Shown: positions 21,274-30,996 of the stretch, one piece after another | How the letters are laid out: every line of letters starts with the position of its first letter | How positions within the stretch are numbered: position 1 is the first letter of the stretch | Assembly: GCA_902555055.1 (NCBI GenBank) | Contig: CACDQN010000001.1 | Coordinates: 167,535 to 231,534 of the forward strand | Direction of reading: 5' to 3' | Source of the DNA: an uncultured Candidatus Actinomarina sp. | Lineage (GTDB): Bacteria; Actinomycetota; Acidimicrobiia; Actinomarinales; Actinomarinaceae | Length of the DNA: 64,000 nt | Notes under the pieces: model-generated | What the model was told of the DNA's origin: nothing | The model's database searches: none | Seen by the model: only the letters and a program-made list of their open reading frames with translations | Position numbers and translations under genes: made by a program

Positions 21274-21744
21274 ATGTTAGTCGGCATAGGTTTTGATATA
21301 CATGAGCATTCTGAAAATTCAGAACTATATCTTGCAGGACTTAAACTTGAAGGAGTAGGTTTTAAAGCTCATTCCGATGGGGATATTATACTTCATGCTC
21401 TTTGTGATGCTCTCCTAGGCTCAGTTGGAAAAAAAGATATAGGGTACTACTTTCCTTCAAATTTAAAAACACCAGAAAACATAAGCAGTTTAAAAATACT
21501 TGAAAAAGTCTTATCAGTAATTGAATACCCATCTTTAAAAATTAATAATATAGATATAATTTTTATATCTCAGGTTATAAATGTATCTAAAAGTAGAGAT
21601 AAAATTATTGAAAATCTTGCAAACTTATTAGATATAAATTCATCAAAAATAAATATAAAAGGAAAAACTACTGACAATTTAGGAATTATAGGAAATCAAT
21701 CAGCTTCTTCTTGCCAAGTTATAATCTCACTTACAAATGCTTAA
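21274..21744 (+). CDS. ispF: 2-C-methyl-D-erythritol 2,4-cyclodiphosphate synthase
   Basis: GIGFDIHE…HSDGDIILHALCDALLG motifs; 156 aa (monofunctional, no IspD domain). Confidence 0.9.
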   Translation: MLVGIGFDIHEHSENSELYLAGLKLEGVGFKAHSDGDIILHALCDALLGSVGKKDIGYYFPSNLKTPENISSLKILEKVLSVIEYPSLKINNIDIIFISQVINVSKSRDKIIENLANLLDINSSKINIKGKTTDNLGIIGNQSASSCQVIISLTNA

Positions 21745-23131
21745 ACTATACAATACTCTCACAAAATCTGAAGAGTTAGCCAATTTTCCTTCTAAAGAAG
21801 TTAAGGTTTATCTCTGTGGCCCAACTGTACAATCATCACCACATATTGGCCATGGTCGTTCAGCAGTTGTGTTTGATTTTTTAGTTAGGTATTTAAACTA
21901 CATAGGAAAAGAAGTTGTTTTTGCAAGAAATATTACTGATATTGATGACAAGATTATAGAAAAATCACTAGAACAAGGCATTACTTACAATGAACTCACA
22001 TCAAAAGTTTCACAAGAGTTTAATGAAGCATACTTAGCATTAAATTGTAAAATACCCAATCATGAACCAAAAGCAACAGAGTCTATTGAGGAGATTATAG
22101 ATCTAATTAAATTACTTGAAAATAAAGAAATTGCTTATCAAACAAGTTCAGGAGTTTATTTTGATATTAGTAAGTATGATAACTACTTAGAGCTATCAGG
22201 AAGATCACTCGAAGATTTAATAAGTGGAACAAGAGTAGATTTAGTTGAAGATAAAAAAAATAATGAGGATTTTGCATTATGGAAATTTGCAAAAGAAAAT
22301 GAACCGAGTTGGAAATCTCCTTGGGGATTAGGACGACCAGGCTGGCACATAGAGTGTTCTGCTATGATTCATGGTTTGTTTGGAAATCAGGGAATTGACA
22401 TTCATTGTGGTGGAAATGATTTAATTTTTCCACATCATGAAAACGAGCGAGCACAATCAGAAGCTGCATTTAATAAAAAATTTGTAAATTTTTGGCTTCA
22501 TAATGGAATGGTAAATCTTTCAGGAAAGAAAATGTCAAAATCTGAAGGGAATATCAAATTACTAAGTGATTACATCAATATGTTTGATGGTAATACTATT
22601 AGGTATTTTTTCTTGAGAGCAAATTATAGAAAACCACAAGAGTTTTCAGAGAATCTTTTGCAGGAGTCCGACAAAACGTTTAAAAATATTATCAATTTTA
22701 TAGGAGATGCTAATTCAGATCCAGTAGATGAACATTTAATCCAACTCTTTGAAGAGTCTATGAATGATGATTTAAATACACCAAAATTTGTTGGAGAAAT
22801 GTTTAACTACATGAAGTTAAGTGAAAATCAAAACGAAGAAAAAAAATTAAAAATTAAATCAACCATTAGATATATATTTGAAACTTTAGGATTTATTTTT
22901 ATAACTAATGATAAAAGTCAAAATGAAGAAATATTTAAAGAATTTTTCATTAAATACAATATTAAATTCAGCAATGTAGATTCAGCAATGTCAAGCTACA
23001 TAGAGTTAAGGCAAGAGTTAAGAGATAAAAAAGAATACGAATCAGCAGATAACATGAGAAAAGATATAGAAAGCATTGGAATAATTATTGAAGATGGGAT
23101 TGAAAGTGGATGGCGTTGGTCAACTAGTTGA
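21737..23131 (+). CDS. cysS: cysteine--tRNA ligase
   Basis: HIGHGRS and KMSKS class I motifs. Zn-binding Cys residues present. Confidence 0.95.
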   Translation: MLKLYNTLTKSEELANFPSKEVKVYLCGPTVQSSPHIGHGRSAVVFDFLVRYLNYIGKEVVFARNITDIDDKIIEKSLEQGITYNELTSKVSQEFNEAYLALNCKIPNHEPKATESIEEIIDLIKLLENKEIAYQTSSGVYFDISKYDNYLELSGRSLEDLISGTRVDLVEDKKNNEDFALWKFAKENEPSWKSPWGLGRPGWHIECSAMIHGLFGNQGIDIHCGGNDLIFPHHENERAQSEAAFNKKFVNFWLHNGMVNLSGKKMSKSEGNIKLLSDYINMFDGNTIRYFFLRANYRKPQEFSENLLQESDKTFKNIINFIGDANSDPVDEHLIQLFEESMNDDLNTPKFVGEMFNYMKLSENQNEEKKLKIKSTIRYIFETLGFIFITNDKSQNEEIFKEFFIKYNIKFSNVDSAMSSYIELRQELRDKKEYESADNMRKDIESIGIIIEDGIESGWRWSTS

Positions 23132-23825
23132 AGGTGTAAATGCTCTTGAAGCTGCTTTAAGCACTAATAGGGTTAAAAAAGTTTATCTTTTAGAATCGCC
23201 TAAAAATACCTCAAGTAAATATAAAAATTTATTGGAAACAATTAGAAAAAAAAATCTTGAAATCGAAGTAGTAAAAGATCAAAGTAGATGGAATTTCCAC
23301 AGTAGACACAACATAGTTGGAATCTGTAATGAAAAAAAAATTTATAATGAAACAAATTTTGAGCAGATATTAAAAAATAAGGTACTAATTCTTGATCACA
23401 TTCAAGACACGAACAACTTTGGAGCAATAGTTAGAAGTGCAGCAGCATTTGGATTTGAAACCGTTTTTATACCAAAAAAAAGATCAGTAAAAATTACTGA
23501 AAGGACTTTTACAATAGCTTCTGGAGGAATGGAGTATATAGATATTGTTTTATATAATTCTATTTTTTCTCTTTTAAAAAAAATTAAATCAAATAATTAT
23601 TGGACTATTGGTTTGGACATGAGTTCTAAAAATAAAATTAAAGAAATTAATTTAGTTGATCAAAAAATAGCTCTTGTTTTAGGATCAGAGCAAAATGGGA
23701 TTAGTTCAGAAATTCAAAAAAAACTTGATCTTGTTGCACAAATAGATATGTCAGAGAGTATTGAATCTTTGAATGCTTCAGTAGCTGCTGCAATTGCTAT
23801 GCATCAAATATTTATAAAAAAATAG
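23094..23825 (+). CDS. rlmB: 23S rRNA (guanosine-2'-O-)-methyltransferase RlmB (SpoU/TrmH family)
   Basis: SpoU substrate-binding N-terminus (EGVNALEAAL) and SpoU MTase motifs (NFGAIVRSAAAFG, LVLGSEQNGIS). I prefer the ATG at 23094; the six-frame track begins at a TTG at 23088. It overlaps the cysS end. Confidence 0.85.
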   Translation: MGLKVDGVGQLVEGVNALEAALSTNRVKKVYLLESPKNTSSKYKNLLETIRKKNLEIEVVKDQSRWNFHSRHNIVGICNEKKIYNETNFEQILKNKVLILDHIQDTNNFGAIVRSAAAFGFETVFIPKKRSVKITERTFTIASGGMEYIDIVLYNSIFSLLKKIKSNNYWTIGLDMSSKNKIKEINLVDQKIALVLGSEQNGISSEIQKKLDLVAQIDMSESIESLNASVAAAIAMHQIFIKK

Positions 23826-23863
23826 ATTTATTCATTTTTCTCTTTGCTATTATTTTAATGTTC

Positions 23864-23938
23864 GCCGGAGTAGCTCAGTGGCAGAGCAGCCGCCTTGTAA
23901 GCGGCAGGTCAGGGGTTCAAATCCCCTCTCCGGCTCCA
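23864..23938 (+). tRNA. tRNA-Thr (anticodon TGT), CCA encoded
   Basis: Cloverleaf readable: acceptor GCCGGAG/CTCCGGC, D-arm GCTC-AGTGGCA-GAGC, anticodon stem GCCGC/GCGGC with loop CTTGTAA, and T-arm AGGGGTTCAAATCCCCT. Confidence 0.9.
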
Positions 23939-23939
23939 A

Positions 23940-24788
23940 TTGAATAATTATCAAAACACATTTAGAAATATTTTTTATTTCATAATTGCATCACAAGTAT
24001 CTCTATTTCTCTTTGGATACTTAAGGCCATCAATAATTTATGATTATTTAGATAATTGGCCAATATCAATATTTCCATTAATCATCGTATTTATTAATAG
24101 GAAGTACTACAAAAATGAATTACTAAACAACTATTTGTTTGGATTTTTAATTATTATTTTTTCTACTTTTCCTATTGTTGTTATGTCAGGAATTAATATT
24201 TTAACAACTAACTCATTTGATGCTGAGTTCGAAAATATTGAACTAAGTGAAGATATTGATTATTTAATGAATATTGATATGGAAGGTTCTGTAAATTTAG
24301 GTTTCTTTGAAGGCAGTGGCTACAAAGTTGATATTTTAAACCAACCAGGAAAAACTGGCTTCCCAGAAGCATTACAAGCAAACCTTGGAAATCCTCAACC
24401 GATTAGATTAAGAGAGGTATTAACTGATAGATTGTTACAAGTTAGTGGATGGAAATTAGATTTAGGAAATAAAACAAATTGGGCACTTGATATTCTTTCA
24501 TTTGACTCTAATTATTATTTAGATAGTCCTAATTTAAGTAAAGCAAGATTGATAGGTACTGGGGAAATTTTTCTTGGTCCTAGTTTGAGCTCAGGAGATA
24601 TCGTCATAAATGGTATATTCAATGTAACTGTAGATAGAAAACTGCCAATCGTTGTTATAGGCAACGCAGATGTACCAGCAAACTGGATTAATGCTACAAT
24701 AGGATATTTAAATCAAACCAATGGAAGTTATAATTTAAAAGTAATTGTTGAAGACGGTTCAACAGTTATATTTGAAGAAGGAGAGTAA
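23940..24788 (+). CDS. hypothetical membrane protein (3-4 N-terminal TM helices plus a beta-rich C-terminal domain)
   Basis: The ORF in the track begins with a TTG immediately after the tRNA. The true start is uncertain. Confidence 0.45.
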   Translation: MNNYQNTFRNIFYFIIASQVSLFLFGYLRPSIIYDYLDNWPISIFPLIIVFINRKYYKNELLNNYLFGFLIIIFSTFPIVVMSGINILTTNSFDAEFENIELSEDIDYLMNIDMEGSVNLGFFEGSGYKVDILNQPGKTGFPEALQANLGNPQPIRLREVLTDRLLQVSGWKLDLGNKTNWALDILSFDSNYYLDSPNLSKARLIGTGEIFLGPSLSSGDIVINGIFNVTVDRKLPIVVIGNADVPANWINATIGYLNQTNGSYNLKVIVEDGSTVIFEEGE

Positions 24789-24792
24789 CTAG

Positions 24793-25710
24793 GTGTTAGA
24801 TCAACTAGGTAATGGACTTTTACTTGGAATAATTATTTCAGTGGCATCTGTTGCGCTTTCATTATTGTACGGTGTCACAAGAATAGTCAATTTTGCACAT
24901 GGAGAAATCATTGCTTTGGGTGCAATTGCTACATTATTTCTTTCAAGCCCGATAGATTATCGAGTACTGTTCCTAGACAAATTTTCGCCATTAGGGTTAG
25001 ATTTTTTCCTTTCGTGCATATTAGCTGTTATTATTTGTGGTTTATTTGGTGGGTTGCTGGAGTTAATTTTATTTAGACCTTTAAGAAAAGGTAATGTTGG
25101 CAATATAGCTGTTTTAGTTGTTACAATAGGCCTTTCAATTTTTATAAGACACTTGTATTTGCTATTTGCTACAGGAAAAGTTCAAAACTTCCCTTTAGAG
25201 CTTCAAAGAAGGCAAACCTACCTCTTTTTTGACATGACTCCAAGAAACTTAAAAGTACTAATAATAGGAATACTTGTAATGATTTTAATTGGTCTTTTGT
25301 TGACATATACAAAACTTGGTAAGGCGATGAGGGCAGTTCGAGACTCTGAGGAGTTGTCTAGTGTATCTGGAATTAATTCTGACAATATAATTTTAATTAC
25401 CTGGATTTCATCAAGTATGCTCGCTGGCCTAGCGGGAGTTTTTCAAGCAACAATAAATGATGTTAGGTGGAACATGGGCTTTTTAATACTTCTCTTGATC
25501 TTTGCTGGAACTGTTTTAGGTGGAATTGGTACATCTTTTGGGGCTATGGTGGGTGGTTTAATTATTGGCATTTTAGTACAGGTATCTGTTGGGCTTCCAT
25601 TTATGGAAGGGCATACAGAGGCAAAAAATGCAGTAGCCCTTGGAATAATGATTGTAATTTTATTATTTAGGCCGCAAGGAATATTTGGACAGAAAGAACG
25701 AATATCATGA
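24793..25710 (+). CDS. livH: branched-chain amino acid ABC transporter permease (LivH-type)
   Basis: Polytopic LivH-family permease. GTG start with an AGGAGAG SD. Confidence 0.85.
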   Translation: MLDQLGNGLLLGIIISVASVALSLLYGVTRIVNFAHGEIIALGAIATLFLSSPIDYRVLFLDKFSPLGLDFFLSCILAVIICGLFGGLLELILFRPLRKGNVGNIAVLVVTIGLSIFIRHLYLLFATGKVQNFPLELQRRQTYLFFDMTPRNLKVLIIGILVMILIGLLLTYTKLGKAMRAVRDSEELSSVSGINSDNIILITWISSSMLAGLAGVFQATINDVRWNMGFLILLLIFAGTVLGGIGTSFGAMVGGLIIGILVQVSVGLPFMEGHTEAKNAVALGIMIVILLFRPQGIFGQKERIS

Positions 25711-26771
25711 ATTCGCTACTAGTTTCTAGAAGGGTTATTTTTACTATTGCTATTACCTCATTTTCAATTTACTTAGTTTTCATTCTCAACCCTGAGGGTG
25801 CTTTAAGAATATTAATAAATCTACTAACTTTTGCTGGAATATATGGATTAAGCGCAATTGGTTTAAACGTTCATTTTGGATGGACAGGTCTTTTGAACTT
25901 TGGTCATGCCTCATTTATGGGTATGGGTGCATATGTGACATTACTTTTGATGCCACATGCAGCAGGGCGAGAAGGAGAGGTAACCACTTCAGGTTTACCA
26001 ATAATTATTGCTGTTTTTTTTGGCATTGCAGCCGCTGCTCTATTCGGATTACTCTTGGGATTACCAGCTATAAGGCTTAGAGGAGATTATCTAGCTATTG
26101 TAACTATTGCTGCTGCAGAAATTTTTAGATTACTAGTCAGAGATTTAGAGTCCATTACAGGTGGGGTATATGGAATAATTTCTTACACAGAAAATCTTCA
26201 AAAATTTAGGCCAGAATTCATAAATAGTTTATCTTTAAACTACGAGTTTGCACCATCTCAGGCTTGGGTAGGAATAATTGCTTGGGTTTCAATTATTTTA
26301 ACTTTATTTTTACTAAAGAGACTAAATAGCTCACCATGGGGTAGGGCATTGAGGGCTGTAAGAGAGGATGAAGATGCAGTCAGGGCAATGGGAAAAAATG
26401 CAGTCTGGTTAAAGCTTCAAAGTTTTATGTTAGGTGCTGGAATTGCTGGTTTGTCGGGGGTTCTTCTTGCATTTAACTATGGATCGCTAGAAACGACTGT
26501 CTTTGTACCATTACTTACTTTTTATGTATGGGCAATCATGATTCTTGGAGGAGTGGGAAGTCTCACTGGGCCAATTTATGGATCTATTATCTTTTGGGTT
26601 ATTATCTCAGAAACTGACAGGCTAGCCTATATTTTCTTTGAAAATGCAAATGGACAACAACTTGCAGGATTTAGATTTTTACTTGTAGGTTTGTTAATAA
26701 TGTTATTAATGATTTTTAGGCCTAGTGGACTTCTTGGTAAGAAAGAGGAGCTATTACTCGATGTCAAATAA
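25707..26771 (+). CDS. livM: branched-chain amino acid ABC transporter permease (LivM-type)
   Basis: ATGA overlap with livH. Polytopic permease. Confidence 0.85.
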   Translation: MNSLLVSRRVIFTIAITSFSIYLVFILNPEGALRILINLLTFAGIYGLSAIGLNVHFGWTGLLNFGHASFMGMGAYVTLLLMPHAAGREGEVTTSGLPIIIAVFFGIAAAALFGLLLGLPAIRLRGDYLAIVTIAAAEIFRLLVRDLESITGGVYGIISYTENLQKFRPEFINSLSLNYEFAPSQAWVGIIAWVSIILTLFLLKRLNSSPWGRALRAVREDEDAVRAMGKNAVWLKLQSFMLGAGIAGLSGVLLAFNYGSLETTVFVPLLTFYVWAIMILGGVGSLTGPIYGSIIFWVIISETDRLAYIFFENANGQQLAGFRFLLVGLLIMLLMIFRPSGLLGKKEELLLDVK

Positions 26772-27531
26772 TCTTTTAGAAGTAAAAAATTTAAAAAAAT
26801 CTTTTGGAGGCCTTCAAGCTGTCAATATTAAAGAACTTATATTTAAAAAAAATCAACTAACTTCAATTATTGGACCTAATGGTGCAGGAAAAACTACTTT
26901 TTTTGACTTAATCTCAGGTTTTCAGACAGCAGATAGTGGAGACATATTTTTAAAGGGTGATGATATTACAAATTCACAACCTTATAAGATAGCAAGAATG
27001 GGAATGATAAGAACATTCCAACTAACTAAGGTCTTTGACAGAATGACTGTTCTAGAAAACTTAATGTTCTCTGGATCATCAGTTACTAATGATTCATTTA
27101 CGAAATCAATTATTAAATCTAAAAAACAAAGAAATTATGAAATTGAACTAAAAGATAAATCTTATGAGATTATGGAAGATCTTAATATTTCCCACATGGC
27201 AGATTCATATGCTCGAGAACTTTCTGGAGGACAAAAAAAGTTACTAGAGTTAGCAAGATCAATTATCAATAATCCAGACACCCTTCTTTTAGATGAGCCT
27301 TTAGCTGGAGTTAATCCGAAATTAGCTGAAGACTTATTAGGTTTAATCCAAAAGCTTTCATCTAGGGGTATTTCAATTTTGATGGTTGAGCATAACATTG
27401 AAGCAGTTATGAAAATATCAGAGAGAATTGTTGTTCTTTCTGAAGGAGCTCTGATAGCTGATGGAAGTCCGAGTGAAATCAGAAATGACAAAAATGTTAT
27501 TGAAGCTTATTTAGGAAAAGATGATGAATAA
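26761..27531 (+). CDS. livG: branched-chain amino acid ABC transporter ATP-binding protein (LivG-type)
   Basis: Walker A GPNGAGKTT, signature LSGGQKKLLELAR, Walker B LLLDEP. I prefer the ATG at 26761 (MSNNLLEVKNL) over the track start at 26725. Confidence 0.88.
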   Translation: MSNNLLEVKNLKKSFGGLQAVNIKELIFKKNQLTSIIGPNGAGKTTFFDLISGFQTADSGDIFLKGDDITNSQPYKIARMGMIRTFQLTKVFDRMTVLENLMFSGSSVTNDSFTKSIIKSKKQRNYEIELKDKSYEIMEDLNISHMADSYARELSGGQKKLLELARSIINNPDTLLLDEPLAGVNPKLAEDLLGLIQKLSSRGISILMVEHNIEAVMKISERIVVLSEGALIADGSPSEIRNDKNVIEAYLGKDDE

Positions 27532-28240
27532 AACCGTACTCGAATGTAATGGAATTGCTGCTGGATATGTAAAGGATTTAAATATTCTTCAAGGAGTTGA
27601 TTTAGTCGTTAAAGAAAAAGAAATTGTATCAATTATTGGTCCCAACGGAGCAGGAAAATCTACTTTACTTAAAGCAATAATGGGTCTGATAAATGTATCA
27701 GGTGGCAGGTTCTACATCAATGGTATTGAGAAAACTAATCTTGCAACTCATAAAATTGTAAATGAAGGTATTGGTTACGTTCCTCAGGTTGCAAATGTAT
27801 TCCCGTCTTTAACAATTGAAGAAAATCTAGAAATTGGTTCTTGGAGTTTAAATAAACAGCAGAAAGAAAGTTTAAAACAAATCTATGATCAATTTTCATT
27901 ACTTAAAGATAGAAAAAAAGATAAAGCTGGAAATCTTTCAGGAGGACAAAGACAAATTTTAGCTTTAGCAAGAGCGTTAATTACAAAACCTACTCTATTG
28001 TTACTAGATGAGCCATCAGCTGGTCTTTCACCTGTAGCTATCAATGAAGTTTTTTCAATTATAAATGATATTAATGAATCCGGTGTTTCAATATTACTTG
28101 TTGAGCAGAACGCAAAAAGAGCTCTTAGCTTTAGTGACAGAGGGTATGTTCTTGATCAAGGCAGAAATGCATATCAAGGAAAAGGTGAAGATTTATTAAA
28201 TGACCCAAGAGTTATTGACTTGTATCTTGGTAAGTTATAA
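27521..28240 (+). CDS. livF: branched-chain amino acid ABC transporter ATP-binding protein (LivF-type)
   Basis: Walker A GPNGAGKST, signature LSGGQRQILALAR, Walker B LLLDEP. Confidence 0.88.
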   Translation: MMNKTVLECNGIAAGYVKDLNILQGVDLVVKEKEIVSIIGPNGAGKSTLLKAIMGLINVSGGRFYINGIEKTNLATHKIVNEGIGYVPQVANVFPSLTIEENLEIGSWSLNKQQKESLKQIYDQFSLLKDRKKDKAGNLSGGQRQILALARALITKPTLLLLDEPSAGLSPVAINEVFSIINDINESGVSILLVEQNAKRALSFSDRGYVLDQGRNAYQGKGEDLLNDPRVIDLYLGKL

Positions 28241-28271
28241 AAAAAAGGCCTGAATTAACAGGCCTTTTTTT
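28241..28271. terminator. bidirectional rho-independent terminator shared by livF (+) and the convergent SBP gene (-)
   Basis: AAAAAAA-GGCCTG-aattaa-CAGGCC-TTTTTTT: a perfect hairpin flanked by an A-run and a T-run. Confidence 0.75.
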
Positions 28272-28286
28272 AAATCTAATTAAAGA

Positions 28287-29573
28287 TTATGAACCGAAGT
28301 CCACTGATTTAAGGACAGGGTTAGTATCACCCTCAGTTGTCCAAATATCGTATGTAGCAGCAGTTGGGTCACCAGCTTGGTCTAATTCGACCTCACCAGA
28401 AGCACCAACATAGTCTACATCTACTCCGTCAGCTGCAAGTGCAATACAAGCAACTCCTATACATTTTTCACCACCAGATGATGCAGCAACTAAGCCAGAA
28501 GCAATTTCTGGACCAGTTACACCATTAGCAGCTGCTGATATTGCCATTAACATGACAGCATCATAAGCTTGTGGAGCGAAAATGAATGTTGGAGAACCAT
28601 CAGCTGATACTCCAGCATAGGCTGCTTCAAATGCATCTTTAGCTTCACCTGCTGCAGAACCAGGAGCTGTACCCTTGAATCCATCAAGAGCAGTACCTAG
28701 TCCACATAATGAAGCAAGACCGGCATCTTTAACACCATCAGTCATATACCAAGGAGTGTCAAGAAGGCCTTGTTCGAATGCAGGTTGAAGAACTCCACAA
28801 CCAGTTTCTGGAAATAAAATTCCAACTATAGCTTCAGCGCCACCCTTACCAACAGCAGTTACTTCAGATGTAAATTCTGTAGCATCAGTTGCATGGTAAA
28901 CGATAGTCTTTACTGTTCCACCAGCTGCTTCAAATGCAGCAGCAGTAGCTTCAGCAAGACCCCTACCATAAGAGTCAGCTCTTGAAATTATAGAAACTGT
29001 TTGTACACCGTCTTCAACTAATAATGATGCTAAAACATCACCTTGGAGAAGATCTGATGGAGCAGTTCTTGCATAAAATCCTTTTTTATCAATTTTTGTA
29101 AATTGAGGACTTGTATTTGATGGAGATACCATTACAACTTCTGCAGCAATTGCAGTGTCAAGTATTGCTAATGAGGTACCGCTACAAGCAGCTCCCATAA
29201 CACCTTGTGCACCTTGTGCAATCACATCATTCAGACTTGTAAGAGCAACAGCTCCATCACAACCACTATCACCCTCAATGAGGACTACAGGTTGTCCGTT
29301 TATACCGCCAGCGGCATTGATTTGCTCAACAGCAAGAGCTGCACCTAGTGCAATACCAGGTCCCAGAGATGCTAAATCACCAGATAATGGCATCAAAGAT
29401 GCCAAGACTAATGGATCAGCAGCAGGGGCAGCTGTAGTAGCAGGAGCTTCTGTAGTAGCAGGAGCTTCGGTTGTTTCAACCTCTACTTCTTCAACTACTT
29501 CGTCCGAACCACCACATGCCACAGCAACAAGTGCTAAAATCGCAATCAAAGCCAAAGCTTTGCGATTCTTCAT
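28287..29573 (-). CDS. branched-chain amino acid ABC transporter substrate-binding lipoprotein (LivJ/K-type, PBP type 1)
   Basis: Lipobox LVAVACGG, an Ala/Thr/Pro/Glu linker, and a type-1 PBP fold. I prefer the ATG at 29573, which has an AAAGGA SD; the GTG at 29594 in the track looks spurious. Confidence 0.85.
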   Translation of the reverse strand: MKNRKALALIAILALVAVACGGSDEVVEEVEVETTEAPATTEAPATTAAPAADPLVLASLMPLSGDLASLGPGIALGAALAVEQINAAGGINGQPVVLIEGDSGCDGAVALTSLNDVIAQGAQGVMGAACSGTSLAILDTAIAAEVVMVSPSNTSPQFTKIDKKGFYARTAPSDLLQGDVLASLLVEDGVQTVSIISRADSYGRGLAEATAAAFEAAGGTVKTIVYHATDATEFTSEVTAVGKGGAEAIVGILFPETGCGVLQPAFEQGLLDTPWYMTDGVKDAGLASLCGLGTALDGFKGTAPGSAAGEAKDAFEAAYAGVSADGSPTFIFAPQAYDAVMLMAISAAANGVTGPEIASGLVAASSGGEKCIGVACIALAADGVDVDYVGASGEVELDQAGDPTAATYDIWTTEGDTNPVLKSVDFGS

Positions 29574-29689
29574 ATATAATTTCCTTTCAGTCACTGAAAT
29601 TAAAAAAACCTACTAATTTGTAGGAATTATCAAACAATAGCGGATTTTTAGTACTATTCAATAGCAGAGTTAAATAATTTAAACAAATA

Positions 29690-30703
29690 ATGAATAATTT
29701 AATAACCAATTTACTTATTGAGCTAAGAAGTATTGAATATATAGAACTATTTATTTACCTTTTTACAATATTTTTTCTTATTTATGGATGGAGAAAAGGC
29801 TTTTTATTACAGCTCTTTTATTTGGTTACCCTTTTATTAGCAATTTCCTTGAGTTTTAGATACTCATATCAACTTGGTTCTTATATAAGCAGTTGGTTTA
29901 ATTCAAATATTCAACTTTCTGAAATTTTTGGCGGTGTTTTGATATTCATTTCAATTTTGACAATTGCTTCTTTTTTTCAAAATTTTATTGTTAACAACCA
30001 AAAACAGAGAGATATAGGTAATAAGCTACTCGGGTCCTTAGTGTCAATTTTAGTTAGTAACTTAATACTTACATTAATTTTTACAACAACATCTCTTATG
30101 ACTCTCCCTAAGTTTTTAGAAACAACTTTAGAGGAATCAAGTTTGATTTCACTTTACACAAACACAGAAGGAACACCTCAACAAGCTCTAGAGCTTGTAA
30201 CTGGAACAGATCTAATCAAAGTTGTAAGTCGTATAAAAGACCTTACCGGTAAGCCATCTGTAGTTGTTAGTGAACAAGGATGTATTGAAATTCCATCTTA
30301 TGCATTATCTAATTTGTCCAACAAAGAAGAATTTAGTCAGGAATTGTACAACTTAATTTTAGTTGAAAGAAATAATGAAAATCTTATATCTTTAGAGTTA
30401 AGTAATACTTTATCAGAAGTAGCTCAAGACTATGCTTATGAAATGTACACAGAGGGATTTTGGTGTCATAAAAATCCAAATAATGGTGACTTAGTAGGCG
30501 ACAGATTGTCAAAAAAGGGTTTCCCGTATATTAATATTGGTGAAAACTTAGCACTTTCATCCTCTGTGCGTTCAGGACACAATAGTCTAATGAATTCTGA
30601 GTCACATAGAAATACAATTTTAGATAATGAATTCAAGAGAATGGGCATCGGTGTTGTTTCAGGACCTCTAGGTTTAATCATTGTTCAGATATTTTCCTCA
30701 TGA
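29690..30703 (+). CDS. CvpA-like polytopic N-terminal domain fused to an extracytoplasmic CAP (SCP/PR-1-like, YkwD-type) domain
   Basis: 4-5 TM helices in the first ~140 aa. The C-terminus carries the CAP signature SESHRNTILDNEFKRMGIGVV. Confidence 0.6.
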   Translation: MNNLITNLLIELRSIEYIELFIYLFTIFFLIYGWRKGFLLQLFYLVTLLLAISLSFRYSYQLGSYISSWFNSNIQLSEIFGGVLIFISILTIASFFQNFIVNNQKQRDIGNKLLGSLVSILVSNLILTLIFTTTSLMTLPKFLETTLEESSLISLYTNTEGTPQQALELVTGTDLIKVVSRIKDLTGKPSVVVSEQGCIEIPSYALSNLSNKEEFSQELYNLILVERNNENLISLELSNTLSEVAQDYAYEMYTEGFWCHKNPNNGDLVGDRLSKKGFPYINIGENLALSSSVRSGHNSLMNSESHRNTILDNEFKRMGIGVVSGPLGLIIVQIFSS

Positions 30704-30996
30704 ATATAGAAATAGAGGATTTCATTGAAGTTTTAAATGAAGGTTTAAAAAAATATTTAAAACTAACTAATTATTCAGTAGATAAAAGTTTTTACGAACA
30801 ATTAGAAAAAAAATTACACAATGAGCTGTCTCGTCCATTTAACGAACAATTATTTACTCCTACACAGCTTTTAAATGATTATGTTCAGAAAAACTTAGAT
30901 TCAACATTAAGATTAACCCCTTTTGATTTAGGCGAAGAATTCAGAACTGCTCTATTGAGATGGGGAGTTTCAAAAGCTAAGTTTCTTGATGGGTGA
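30700..30996 (+). CDS. hypothetical protein (98 aa)
   Basis: ATGA-coupled to the previous gene, and the next gene is coupled to it. No recognisable motifs. Confidence 0.4.
   Translation: MNIEIEDFIEVLNEGLKKYLKLTNYSVDKSFYEQLEKKLHNELSRPFNEQLFTPTQLLNDYVQKNLDSTLRLTPFDLGEEFRTALLRWGVSKAKFLDG

Noticed and set aside
29574-29594. GTG at 29594 as the livK start
   Set aside because: It adds 7 residues before a canonical signal peptide and lacks an SD. The ATG at 29573 has AAAGGA at the correct spacing.
29155-29616. 153-aa ORF on the plus strand inside the livK-type SBP gene
   Set aside because: It is antisense to a well-supported lipoprotein gene. The Ala/Pro-rich translation arises from reverse-complemented GCN/GGN codons of the SBP linker.
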